This document shows positions 20,442 through 29,619 of a DNA stretch of 64,000 nucleotides, in pieces. Made by a program: the position numbers and the translations under genes. The notes under the pieces were generated by a model. It saw only the letters and a list, made by a program, of their open reading frames with translations, was not told the DNA's origin and made no database searches. The stretch is from Gammaproteobacteria bacterium (GTDB lineage Bacteria; Pseudomonadota; Gammaproteobacteria; GCA-001735895), in contig JAOTYD010000006.1 of the NCBI GenBank assembly GCA_029862005.1, positions 69,758-133,757 of the forward strand. Reading direction: 5' to 3'. Within the stretch, counting starts at the first letter, position 1, and every line of letters starts with the position of its first letter.

Positions 20442-20876
20442 CTAGTTTTCCTTTTTCATTTTCATTTTCATGTCGGCAAGCTCCGGCGGCATGTAAGTTT
20501 CGTCGTGCTTGGCCAACACTTCCTGGGCGACAAATTCGCCGGAATCATTCAACTTGCCATTGGCGATGATGCCCTGGCCCTCGCGAAACAGGTCAGGCAA
20601 TATTCCAGCGTATTGAACAGTTACCTGCTGTTCATTGTCAGTCAAATCGAACTTCACGGTCAGGCCGTCACCCGGGCGGTTGACGCTGCCTTCGACCACC
20701 ATGCCACCCATTCGAAACAGCTTGTTGGTGGGCGCCTTGCCGGAGATTACTTCGCTGGGTGTAAAAAAGAACATGATATTCTGATCCAGCGATTTGAGTG
20801 CGAGCCCGACGCCAACAGCCACGCCGGTAACCATCAACAGGATTAACGCGAGTCTTTTCTTTCTTGCAGGTGTCAT
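20442..20876 (-). CDS. ccmE: heme chaperone CcmE
   Basis: 144 aa, N-terminal anchor plus OB fold. Confidence 0.93.
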   Translation of the reverse strand: MTPARKKRLALILLMVTGVAVGVGLALKSLDQNIMFFFTPSEVISGKAPTNKLFRMGGMVVEGSVNRPGDGLTVKFDLTDNEQQVTVQYAGILPDLFREGQGIIANGKLNDSGEFVAQEVLAKHDETYMPPELADMKMKMKKEN

Positions 20877-21031
20877 TTCTGTTCATCCCTTGTGCGCCGC
20901 TTCAGCTGGCGCAGTTCTTTCTCGTGTTGCTTGCGCGGCAGGTACCAGTTCAGCCACAGCACCACTGCGACCAGTGCATAGCTTGGCCAAACAAAAACTG
21001 CATATCCGCCCATTTGGAAAAATTCTGCCAT
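20873..21031 (-). CDS. ccmD: heme exporter protein CcmD
   Basis: 52 aa single-TM protein (MAEFFQMGGYAVFVWPSYALVAVVLWLNWY...) found by manual translation between ccmC and ccmE. Its stop overlaps the ccmE ATG (ATGA). It is absent from the ORF track because it is shorter than 60 aa. Confidence 0.75.
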   Translation of the reverse strand: MAEFFQMGGYAVFVWPSYALVAVVLWLNWYLPRKQHEKELRQLKRRTRDEQK

Positions 21032-21757
21032 TTAAAGTTCCTCAACCCACTTGCTGTTGCGTTCGCGCCGCAACAACTCCAGGCGACACTTCTGAAACAG
21101 GGCCAGAACGTAGTAGATCTGGAAAGCCATCGCCATTAGCAGCAACGGGATCAACATGCTCCAGTGTATAGACGGCTTGTCGAACTTGGTAACGGTCGGC
21201 CCCTGGTGTAACGAATGCCACCACTCTACCGAGTAATGGATAATAGGAATATTCACCACGCCGACCAGCGCCAGGATTGCGACCGCCCGGGCAGCGATAC
21301 GTCGATCATCGATAGCATTGTGAAGCCCGATAATGCCGAGGTACAGGAACAGCAGGATAAGTTCAGATGTCAGGCGCGCATCCCAGACCCAGTAAGTGCC
21401 CCACATCGGTTTGCCCCACAACGAACCGGTGACCAGCGCTAGAAAGGTGAAGCTGGCACCAATCGGCGCACTGCTGATCAATACCACCTCGGCCAGTTTC
21501 ATGTGCCAGATTATAACTATGGCGCCACAAATCGCCATGACAACATAGATAAACAACGACATCCAGGCCGAGGGCACGTGGACAAAAATAATGCGATAGC
21601 TTTCACCCTGCTGGTAGTCGGGTGGTGCTTCGATTAAACCACCGTAAAGACCCGTCAGCAAGAACGCGAGAAAGATCCACGTTAACCATGGGATCCATTT
21701 ACCGGCAATGCGATAAAAGTGCGGGGGCGAACCTAACTTGTGAAACCAGAGAAACAT
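21032..21757 (-). CDS. ccmC: heme exporter protein CcmC
   Basis: WWD-domain membrane protein. ATG at 21757 (MFLWFHKLGSPPHFYRIAG...). Confidence 0.9.
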   Translation of the reverse strand: MFLWFHKLGSPPHFYRIAGKWIPWLTWIFLAFLLTGLYGGLIEAPPDYQQGESYRIIFVHVPSAWMSLFIYVVMAICGAIVIIWHMKLAEVVLISSAPIGASFTFLALVTGSLWGKPMWGTYWVWDARLTSELILLFLYLGIIGLHNAIDDRRIAARAVAILALVGVVNIPIIHYSVEWWHSLHQGPTVTKFDKPSIHWSMLIPLLLMAMAFQIYYVLALFQKCRLELLRRERNSKWVEEL

Positions 21758-21767
21758 TAAGATCCCT

Positions 21768-22454
21768 TTAACTTGCCGACATTCGTAACGCTGCTGCGGT
21801 GGCCCAGGGCGACAGCGAAATCGACAGGAACAGAAAAGCCAGAAGCATGTAAATCTGGGCTGATACGTCAAATCCCATCGCGGCATTTTCGATCGCGCTG
21901 GCCGCAAAAATCAAAACCGGCACATACAGGGGCAACACCAACAGCGACAGAATTATACCACCTTTTCTTAAGCCTACCGTAAGCGCGACACCGATCGCGC
22001 CGATGAGGCTCAAGATTGGGGTTCCGATGAGTATAGTCAATAGCAGCGTTATCTGCGCCGCCGATGGCAAGCCCAGCATTTCTGCCAGTAATGGCGCCAC
22101 GATCAGCAAAGGTAATCCGGTGACCAGCCAGTGTGCGCACACTTTCGCCAACACCAGTACCGCAACGGGATGCGCACTCAACAGAATCTGTTCGAGCGAG
22201 CCATCGTCAAAATCCGAGCGAAAGATGCTATCCAGCGACAACATCGCCGCGAGCAATGCAGCGACCCAGACAATCCCTGGCGCAATTCGCGCCAGCAGCT
22301 CGGGTTCGGCACCCAGCGCCAATGGAAAAAGAGTAATGACCAGCACAAAAAATAACAGCGGCATCGCGTACTCGGCGCGATTGCGCAGGGCCAACAGCAG
22401 GTCACGCCTGAGCAGAAACACGAAAGCCTGGGTCAGGGATAATCGATGACTCAT
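21768..22454 (-). CDS. ccmB: heme exporter permease CcmB
   Basis: 228 aa, 6-TM CcmB pattern. Confidence 0.9.
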   Translation of the reverse strand: MSHRLSLTQAFVFLLRRDLLLALRNRAEYAMPLLFFVLVITLFPLALGAEPELLARIAPGIVWVAALLAAMLSLDSIFRSDFDDGSLEQILLSAHPVAVLVLAKVCAHWLVTGLPLLIVAPLLAEMLGLPSAAQITLLLTILIGTPILSLIGAIGVALTVGLRKGGIILSLLVLPLYVPVLIFAASAIENAAMGFDVSAQIYMLLAFLFLSISLSPWATAAALRMSAS

Positions 22455-23083
22455 GCCGGTGCTCCGAGTTGAAGTCGCTGCACGGATTGTCCCGGCAGCG
22501 AAATATCGTGATGTGATGTCATCACAATCAGACCCTGGTTCTCCAGGTGATGTTCAAACAGTGAAGCGAACATCGCCATGCTGTTTCTGTCGAGCGAGGT
22601 AAACGGCTCATCCAGAATCCACAGTATTGATTCCGTCGCCAGCAGACGGGCCAGCGCCAGTCTGCGTTTCTGACCCGCCGACAGGCTGCCTACCTCGGTT
22701 TCACCGTAGGCGTAGAGGTTAACCTGCTCGAGTACGTCGTCGAGATCCCGCTCCGACGGCACGCCCATTGCTCTCGCCAGGCGCATGTTTTCGAGACAGG
22801 ACAGTTCGTTCTTGACACCGTCGTGATGCCCTACATAGGCTACCTGTTCGTAATAATTTCCAGCCAGGCGGTCAATCGGAGTACCGCGCCATCGAATCTC
22901 GCCACTATCAGCGAGCCTGAGTCCGGTCAGAATACGTAACAGGCTGGTTTTACCGCAACCGTTGGGGCCTTCGACCACCAGCATCTCGCCCGCTTCGAGT
23001 GCGAATTCGAGGTTCGCGAACAATTGACGATCGTTACGGATACAGCCGAGATCCCGGGTTTCGAGTAAGGTCGATGTGGACAT
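22451..23083 (-). CDS. ccmA: heme exporter ATP-binding protein CcmA
   Basis: Walker A GPNGCGKTS and ABC signature LSAGQKRR. Confidence 0.9.
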   Translation of the reverse strand: MSTSTLLETRDLGCIRNDRQLFANLEFALEAGEMLVVEGPNGCGKTSLLRILTGLRLADSGEIRWRGTPIDRLAGNYYEQVAYVGHHDGVKNELSCLENMRLARAMGVPSERDLDDVLEQVNLYAYGETEVGSLSAGQKRRLALARLLATESILWILDEPFTSLDRNSMAMFASLFEHHLENQGLIVMTSHHDISLPGQSVQRLQLGAPA

Positions 23084-23216
23084 GCAATGGTTGGATTTTA
23101 ATGTGCCCGAAGATTAGCCTTGCCCATGATCACGATCAACCCATTTTTTTGATATAGATCAGACAAGAGAGTATAAACGGTAGTAATGTAATGCCGTAAA
23201 TATCGGAGAAAACAGA

Positions 23217-23516
23217 ATGACTACCACCAAGGAACAATTAATCGATCAACACATTCGTGAGTACGAATCACGAATGAAACATATCGATGAACTTTACGAA
23301 CGCGCTGAAAAGGCGACCGAACACCTGGACGAAGAGCATGAAAGCCGCTCCGAGTTGAAATGGTTCGAAGAACGACTGCCGAAGGTTGCGGATGCGATCA
23401 AAACCATGCCGGTAAAGAACTGGCGCGAGGAAACCGTGCAAAAAGCCGGCCCCATGGCGATCTGGGATATTATCGCGCAACAACTCGAGGATTTTCTCGA
23501 ACGCCACGAAAAGTAG
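23217..23516 (+). CDS. hypothetical small highly charged helical protein
   Basis: 99 aa. Strong RBS GGAGA 7 nt upstream. Divergent from ccmA. Confidence 0.5.
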   Translation: MTTTKEQLIDQHIREYESRMKHIDELYERAEKATEHLDEEHESRSELKWFEERLPKVADAIKTMPVKNWREETVQKAGPMAIWDIIAQQLEDFLERHEK

Positions 23517-23615
23517 CGGCGGTGCGGCTGAATTAGTTTCTCCCGATCACTGCAGAAATCCCAGGTTTAGCAATATTCAATCGGATTCCAGGGAAGCCTC
23601 GCTAATTCGAGCAGG

Positions 23616-24542
23616 CTAGCTGCTATGTGGATACTTGTTGCCCCGCTTTTCTGCTTCGATAAATACACGCTTTATCTCCGGAAATTTTTGCTTGATTGAG
23701 CGATCGACTTCGGCGATGTCAGCCTCGACCAGCTGCGCGCTTATCGAATCCTTAAAATCAACGCTAATATTGACGAGAATAAAATCCGGCCCCATGTGCA
23801 TGGTCAATACCTCGTTGACATGTTCGATATTTTCTCGACCTGCCAGGGTGTTGCGAATACCGCGAATCACCGACTTTTTGGCCCGTTCTCCAATCAACAG
23901 GCCCTTGGTTTCATAAGCCAGCCAGATTGACGTGCCTAGCAGGATCAGACCGATCATGACCGAGGCGATGCCATCGAATACCAGGATGCCGGTCACCTGG
24001 CTCAGCAACACCCCGAAAAATGCAACGACCAGGCCGAGCATTGCCGCACTGTCTTCAAACAGCACGACGAACACCGTGGGATCCTTGGCAAGCTGAATAG
24101 CTTCCAGGTAACTCCAGTGTCCCCGGGTACGGTTGAATTCGCGAAACGCGAAATACCAGGCAGCACCTTCAAAAACCATTGCTAGCCCAAGCACGATGTA
24201 GTTAACCATCGGACTACTAATCGGCTCAGGGTGCCTGATATGCTGGAGGCCCTCGTAAATCGAGATACCGCCACCGAGCGCAAAAATCAGGATCGCAACG
24301 ATAAAACTCCAGAAATATATTTCTTTGCCATGACCAAAGGGGAAGTCTTCATCAGGCGGTTTCGCAGCCCGCTTCATCCCGTAAAGCAATAATCCCTGGT
24401 TACCGGTATCGACCAGCGAATGAATGCCTTCCGACAGCATCGCCGAACTGCCGGTAATCGATGCCGCGAAAAACTTGGTAATTGAAATCAGCGAGTTACC
24501 GACCAGTGCCGCAATGATGACCAACTTCGAGCCCGATGCCAT
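23616..24542 (-). CDS. cation diffusion facilitator (CDF) family metal efflux transporter
   Basis: 6-TM plus cytoplasmic domain; HSLVD...GN motif of FieF/CzcD-like CDF proteins. Confidence 0.88.
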   Translation of the reverse strand: MASGSKLVIIAALVGNSLISITKFFAASITGSSAMLSEGIHSLVDTGNQGLLLYGMKRAAKPPDEDFPFGHGKEIYFWSFIVAILIFALGGGISIYEGLQHIRHPEPISSPMVNYIVLGLAMVFEGAAWYFAFREFNRTRGHWSYLEAIQLAKDPTVFVVLFEDSAAMLGLVVAFFGVLLSQVTGILVFDGIASVMIGLILLGTSIWLAYETKGLLIGERAKKSVIRGIRNTLAGRENIEHVNEVLTMHMGPDFILVNISVDFKDSISAQLVEADIAEVDRSIKQKFPEIKRVFIEAEKRGNKYPHSS

Positions 24543-24806
24543 GTTTCTACCCCAAAAAATTTGCGCTTACTATATCTCAACAGCCACTCCGAGCGAAAGG
24601 CGAAGGTATATTCGGAATCACCATGCATTGTGATCTGACAGCGACCAGTGGCGGAAGTTGTCAGCCTGTTTTTGAATTCAGGACCTCAAGGCTCAGGGCG
24701 ATTTAATCGACAACGAATTAATCGTTGCTGGCAGGCCAACCCTCTACTAAACTCCGCGCAGCTTTGACCCAACTGACTTGCAGTTACTAGCTGGAATCAA
24801 ACCCTT

Positions 24807-26102
24807 ATGTGGAAAAATCTTGGCGCTTCCTGGGCGATATTAATTGGCATCGGATGCATGATGCTAGCCAATGGCCTGCAGGGTACCCTGCTGGGTGTGC
24901 GCGCCGGCATCGAGGGATTTTCGACGTTCACAACCGGGATATTGATGTCGGGATATTTCATCGGCATGTTTATCGGTTCGCTGGTGTCACCAATGCTGGT
25001 CAATCGAGTTGGCCATATTCGTGTGTTTTCGGCACTCGCGTCGATGGCCTCCATTTCAATCCTGTTTCACGGCGTTTATATCGAGCCGTGGATCTGGATG
25101 CTGATGCGCATCATTACCGGAATCAGTTTTGCCGGGTTCTACGTGGTAACCGAGAGCTGGCTCAACGACCGGGCCAGTAATGAAACCCGTGGCAAGGTGT
25201 TATCGGTATACATGCTCATTGTTACCGGCGGCATGGGCGCTGGTCAGTTTTTACTCAACCTTGCAAAACCCGAAGCGATTGATTTGTTCATACTGATTTC
25301 CGTGATCATATCATTTGGGCTGATTCCAATACTGCTAACGGCCAAGCCCGCGCCAAACTTCGCCACGTCGTCCAAGATGTCGGTAGTCGACCTGTATCGC
25401 GCCTCACCGCTGGCCGTTATCGGCAACTGCCTGACGGGAATGGCTCATGGTACGATTTTCGGGCTGGGAGCAATTTATGCGAGCGCGGTACTGGTCGACC
25501 TTAAGGCAATCTCGTGGTTCATGGCCTGCTTCCTGATTGGCAGCCTGATATTCCAGTGGCCCGTCGGATTTATCTCCGACCTCGTCGGCAGACGTGGCAT
25601 CATGGCCGGTCTGTCGAGCATTGCTATCGCCTGCTGTTTACTCGCGCTCGCTACACCGAGTGACAGCTGGCTGTTTTACGCATCGATCATCGCCCTCGGC
25701 GGCGCCGCAATGCCGATGTACTCGGTTTGTATTGCTTACGCCAACGATCGACTGGAACCACATCAAATCGTTGCCGCCAGTGGCAGCCTGGTCATGGTCG
25801 CAGGTTTTGGTGCAATGATCGGGCCTATTGTAATCGCCTTTTTCATGGACCTGTACGACCTGTCATTTTATTTCTGGGGTATCGCGACGGTATTCGCGAT
25901 TATCTTCTTTTTCACCTTGATCCGCATCGGCTCCCGTGCCGGAGTCGCAATAGCTGATCAATCGCACCTGATCGCTGGCCCTATTGGTACCCCGATTGCC
26001 GAGTTTATCGCACCCGATTCGTTCGAATACGCGGACGCCGTCGCAAAGCACAATGTGCGGGAGCTCGATCAACGCGAAGACATTACCGAGCGTCGGCTAT
26101 AG
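24807..26102 (+). CDS. MFS transporter
   Basis: 431 aa, 12-TM, major facilitator pattern. Confidence 0.88.
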   Translation: MWKNLGASWAILIGIGCMMLANGLQGTLLGVRAGIEGFSTFTTGILMSGYFIGMFIGSLVSPMLVNRVGHIRVFSALASMASISILFHGVYIEPWIWMLMRIITGISFAGFYVVTESWLNDRASNETRGKVLSVYMLIVTGGMGAGQFLLNLAKPEAIDLFILISVIISFGLIPILLTAKPAPNFATSSKMSVVDLYRASPLAVIGNCLTGMAHGTIFGLGAIYASAVLVDLKAISWFMACFLIGSLIFQWPVGFISDLVGRRGIMAGLSSIAIACCLLALATPSDSWLFYASIIALGGAAMPMYSVCIAYANDRLEPHQIVAASGSLVMVAGFGAMIGPIVIAFFMDLYDLSFYFWGIATVFAIIFFFTLIRIGSRAGVAIADQSHLIAGPIGTPIAEFIAPDSFEYADAVAKHNVRELDQREDITERRL

Positions 26103-26106
26103 CGAT

Positions 26107-27711
26107 TTAAAGCGTCCACCGCAGATCGAGCGTGAAGATGTCCTCGTCACCGATATCGTCACCGATTTCCTTTAACGGATGTCCCCAAAGCAGGCGACCA
26201 TTGAAGTTTGCATCCGATACTTCAATCCCTACACCAACACTGTAAATTTCTCCACAAACATCTGGATTGTCGACTTCACATTTGGCATCGCCATAGTCGA
26301 CGCCGGCCGACAGAGAAATTGTTTTGGTGAAAGGGTTTCCACTGAAGGGATTCACCACCGACCGTAATTGTCGGGTCAGGTTACTGTGCAGATACCAGGC
26401 ATTGCTTCCACTCAGTGACGACGAATAGCCACGCACGGTGTAGGGGCTGCCCAGGTACAGCTTATCGTTATCGAACAGTATATCGTCACTGTATTGCAGG
26501 TATAGCTTGATGCTCGCGTACCAGGCAGGATCAGGCAGGTAATAAAACAGCTGGCTGTCGATATTGAATTTTTCAAATTGAAGTCTTGCTTCATTTTCAA
26601 ACCCATCCGCGAGCGTGTAGTAGTCATCGTCTCTGGCCCCGAAGGAATCAAGCCCCCGGTGATAACTGAAACCGGTGCTGAGCTGACCCCATGGTTGTAT
26701 CCAGTCGTGCCGCAGATCGAGTCGCAGCTGGCTGGTTTTATAGCTGGAAACATCAATTAGCTGGTCATCAAAAAAACTGCGCGTGTCCTTAAGCTCCAAT
26801 GCCAACGCCAGGGTCAGCCTGGCCGTCTGGCTACGGGTTAGCAGCTTGCTGACCTGTAGCTGATTGCTGACAGTATCACCCTCGGAAAGAAAACTGTCGT
26901 TGATTCCCTGTACCCGTTGTTCATATTCGATATCGCTATGATTCAATAGCAGCAGGTAATCCCCCAGGGGAAAAGAGTAACTTAACTCGCGACTTCGATT
27001 ACTTTGATAGGTCTGAAATATTTCACCGCCGTTATAGCGAAACTCTATTATGTCATTGATATTGAAAGGATTATCGAGGGTTGCCAGTAAACTCAACTGG
27101 GGATCGATATCCGTTCGCACATTGATTCCAAGCTCGGTGCGAACCGTATCCGACTCCGTGGTCCTGATCGCTACGATGCTGCCACCCTGTTGTGTCCCCG
27201 GCCTGATCTCGAAACTGGCGCTGACCGAGGCCACGCGCTCGATGGCCTCAAGCGAAGTCTCAAGTTCGCGCAGGTTTAGAATCTCGCGGTTGAACATGAA
27301 AGCCGTCGCGATCTTGCCATTGCTGGTACCGCTATTGGCATCGATGATCGCCTCGACTCTGCCCACCAGGATACGAATCTCGATCTGACCATCGCTGATA
27401 TCCTGTTCCAGTAAATAAGGACGTGAGGTGACATAGCCTCGCCCGATAAAGTCATTCGAGATTGCTGACAGAATGCCTCGAATCAGGCTGCCATCGATAC
27501 AGTTGCCGAGGAATGGTCGGATCAATGATGCCTGGCCGGCATCGCTGAGAATTTCGCTGGCCTCAATATCCACCCTTGCCAGGGGGACACATTCAGCTTC
27601 GCTTGCCGCGTGTACCACGCCCTGCAGCAACAGGCTGAGTAGAACTACCCTAAAACCAGATTGACGTAAAAAGGCGCGTGACGGTAGCGTCAAAACTGTA
27701 AAGCGGTTCAT
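26107..27711 (-). CDS. Omp85-superfamily TpsB/ShlB/FhaC-like outer-membrane transporter (POTRA plus beta-barrel), orphan
   Basis: Signal peptide, POTRA-like N-region, C-terminal barrel carrying the conserved L6-loop VRGY motif (GSPYTVRGYSSS). ATG 27711 preferred; TTG 27717 also possible. Confidence 0.72.
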   Translation of the reverse strand: MNRFTVLTLPSRAFLRQSGFRVVLLSLLLQGVVHAASEAECVPLARVDIEASEILSDAGQASLIRPFLGNCIDGSLIRGILSAISNDFIGRGYVTSRPYLLEQDISDGQIEIRILVGRVEAIIDANSGTSNGKIATAFMFNREILNLRELETSLEAIERVASVSASFEIRPGTQQGGSIVAIRTTESDTVRTELGINVRTDIDPQLSLLATLDNPFNINDIIEFRYNGGEIFQTYQSNRSRELSYSFPLGDYLLLLNHSDIEYEQRVQGINDSFLSEGDTVSNQLQVSKLLTRSQTARLTLALALELKDTRSFFDDQLIDVSSYKTSQLRLDLRHDWIQPWGQLSTGFSYHRGLDSFGARDDDYYTLADGFENEARLQFEKFNIDSQLFYYLPDPAWYASIKLYLQYSDDILFDNDKLYLGSPYTVRGYSSSLSGSNAWYLHSNLTRQLRSVVNPFSGNPFTKTISLSAGVDYGDAKCEVDNPDVCGEIYSVGVGIEVSDANFNGRLLWGHPLKEIGDDIGDEDIFTLDLRWTL

Positions 27712-28828
27712 TTCCAACCGTCCCCGCCTTGGTCAGGTCGCGGAAATCGTCATAGTCGAAGCTTATGAAATCGAGCTGCAGGTTCAGACTGCCACGTTCA
27801 ACCGCACTCCAGGACCGGCCAAATTCGTAACTTGCACCCAGGCCAACAGTAGTGCTAGAAAAGGTGCTCAATTCCTTGTCACGTGCGAGGAAATTCAGTG
27901 CACCCCTGCTCGGGAACAAGTCGCTGTAGAATTCGGCGCTGCTTTGATCGTGATATCGAAAACTGGCCTCGACAATCCAGGCGTCACCGTAGGGGAAGGT
28001 ATACCCCAGCTCGTAGGTGGTCGCGTCGATATCCCAGGTATCTTCGAATATTCGAACCCCAGCATGTAACGCGGCACGTTGTGGCAGAAAATAATTGGCG
28101 CGCACGGCAATAGCGTTGCTAGTGCGGGTATCCGGATAGATTTCCGGCTCAAAGCTATAGCTAGTGCATGCTGGTGGATCACTACAAAATCGTACCGAAC
28201 GATAGGGATTATTGAGATAACCATCATCGGTTATCGTTTCCAGGGTTAAAGCCATGACCAGATCCTTGGTCAGGATTTGCGAAATCCCAAACCGATAGCT
28301 GCGCACCTTGGTGTCTTCTTCAAAAGCATCATCCCCATTTCGTCCAACTGTATTATCACCCAGCGCAAAGCTCATGGTGACGGTGGTCAGGTCACCAAAC
28401 ATGTCCTGCGAAATCCCGAGACTTAATGTATTAGCCTCGAAGTCACTTTCATCGCTAACCGTATAGCCGAGACTCATGGTTGTCTTTTGACGCAGGTAAT
28501 CGATGCTGACAGAATTTTCTGTGCGTTCCTCGGTGTACTCGCTTGCACTAACGAGCACATCAACCGAGGCACTGGTGACATTATCGACATAGTGATTCAA
28601 GCCTACTGATAGGCTATCACCCACATTCTTGCGCACCAGAAACGATGGTCCATCGATTTCGGCGCCACCACCATCGTATCGATGGTAGAGCAGGTCCACG
28701 CGCTCTTCCGGCAATACAGCGGCTCGCAATTCCTGGATGGACGATACCAACAGGGAGATAACCACCAACAGCCAACTGGATGATTTCACGAAAGCATGAC
28801 ATTGCTTGGTGGCGGTCATATTTACCAT
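27650..28828 (-). CDS. DUF3570-like outer-membrane beta-barrel protein
   Basis: About 390 aa, signal peptide, alternating beta-strand pattern ending in an aromatic residue (...SIWF). Family assignment is from memory of the DUF3570 size and context. ATG 28828 is preferred over GTG 28885. Confidence 0.55.
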   Translation of the reverse strand: MVNMTATKQCHAFVKSSSWLLVVISLLVSSIQELRAAVLPEERVDLLYHRYDGGGAEIDGPSFLVRKNVGDSLSVGLNHYVDNVTSASVDVLVSASEYTEERTENSVSIDYLRQKTTMSLGYTVSDESDFEANTLSLGISQDMFGDLTTVTMSFALGDNTVGRNGDDAFEEDTKVRSYRFGISQILTKDLVMALTLETITDDGYLNNPYRSVRFCSDPPACTSYSFEPEIYPDTRTSNAIAVRANYFLPQRAALHAGVRIFEDTWDIDATTYELGYTFPYGDAWIVEASFRYHDQSSAEFYSDLFPSRGALNFLARDKELSTFSSTTVGLGASYEFGRSWSAVERGSLNLQLDFISFDYDDFRDLTKAGTVGNEPLYSFDATVTRLFTSIWF

Positions 28829-28865
28829 GCAAGAGTTTTTTGCGGTAACCAGCAGGGCAGGCAAG

Positions 28866-29090
28866 CTAATTGCAGCCGCATCCACCGCCTGTTGCTATGC
28901 CCGCGCCCCTTGCGCCCTCACGAGAATCATAAACATGATGTATATAGCTTGCCGATACCGGATCTCGGTTGAAGCTCATGATGGGGTCTGCGAGATTGGC
29001 GCGTTCGTAGGGCTTGACCCAGGGCTCGATCGCACAACCCCCCAGAATAAAGACACTACTAATTAATGCAAATGCGATTTTCTTTTGCAT
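28866..29090 (-). CDS. DUF4266-like small lipoprotein (C-terminal GGGCGCN)
   Basis: 74 aa with lipobox LGGC and an unusual Cys/Gly C-terminal tail. Confidence 0.55.
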   Translation of the reverse strand: MQKKIAFALISSVFILGGCAIEPWVKPYERANLADPIMSFNRDPVSASYIHHVYDSREGARGAGIATGGGCGCN

Positions 29091-29094
29091 CTTT

Positions 29095-29607
29095 TTACTC
29101 GCGCACCAGTTTTTTCACCATCTTGCGATACTTCTCTTCATCGCCCGGCTTGTAACCCTTATGCAGATAGCGCACGTTGCCATCACGGTCGAGGACAACC
29201 GTGGTCGGCATCGCGATCACATTGTATTTCTTACTGACCAGGTTGTTGTTATCCAGCAATACCGGAAAATCAACCGGGAAGTTCTTGAGGAATCCCCGCG
29301 CTTTCTTGACGTCCTCTTCGACATTAACGCCGAGCACGGTAAATCCGAGCGGTTCATACTTATTATGCAGGTTGTTCAGCAAAGGCATTTCTTCTCGGCA
29401 GGGGCCGCACCAGGACGCCCAGAAATTAATCAGGACCACGTTACCCGTCAATTCGCTGAGTTTGAGGTTTTTACCGGTAAGCGACTTTAACGTGAAATTC
29501 GGCGCCGGACCCTTTAACGAGGCCGCGTGCGAGAGATTTAATCCTGCAAACGATAAAAAACACAGCAGTAACAAGCTGATTCCGGTTCGCGATAACATGC
29601 TGTTCAT
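29095..29607 (-). CDS. TlpA-like periplasmic thioredoxin (redoxin family)
   Basis: Signal peptide plus WASWCGPC. Strong RBS AGGAGA. Confidence 0.88.
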   Translation of the reverse strand: MNSMLSRTGISLLLLCFLSFAGLNLSHAASLKGPAPNFTLKSLTGKNLKLSELTGNVVLINFWASWCGPCREEMPLLNNLHNKYEPLGFTVLGVNVEEDVKKARGFLKNFPVDFPVLLDNNNLVSKKYNVIAMPTTVVLDRDGNVRYLHKGYKPGDEEKYRKMVKKLVRE

Positions 29608-29619
29608 ATCTAATCTCCT

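Noticed and set aside
27650-27717. 68-nt overlap between the DUF3570-like gene end and the Omp85-like gene start
   Set aside because: It was considered as a possible frameshift or pseudogene signal. Both ORFs are full-length with intact signal peptides, so it is more likely a genuine overlap or a slightly later start. It is not called a pseudogene.
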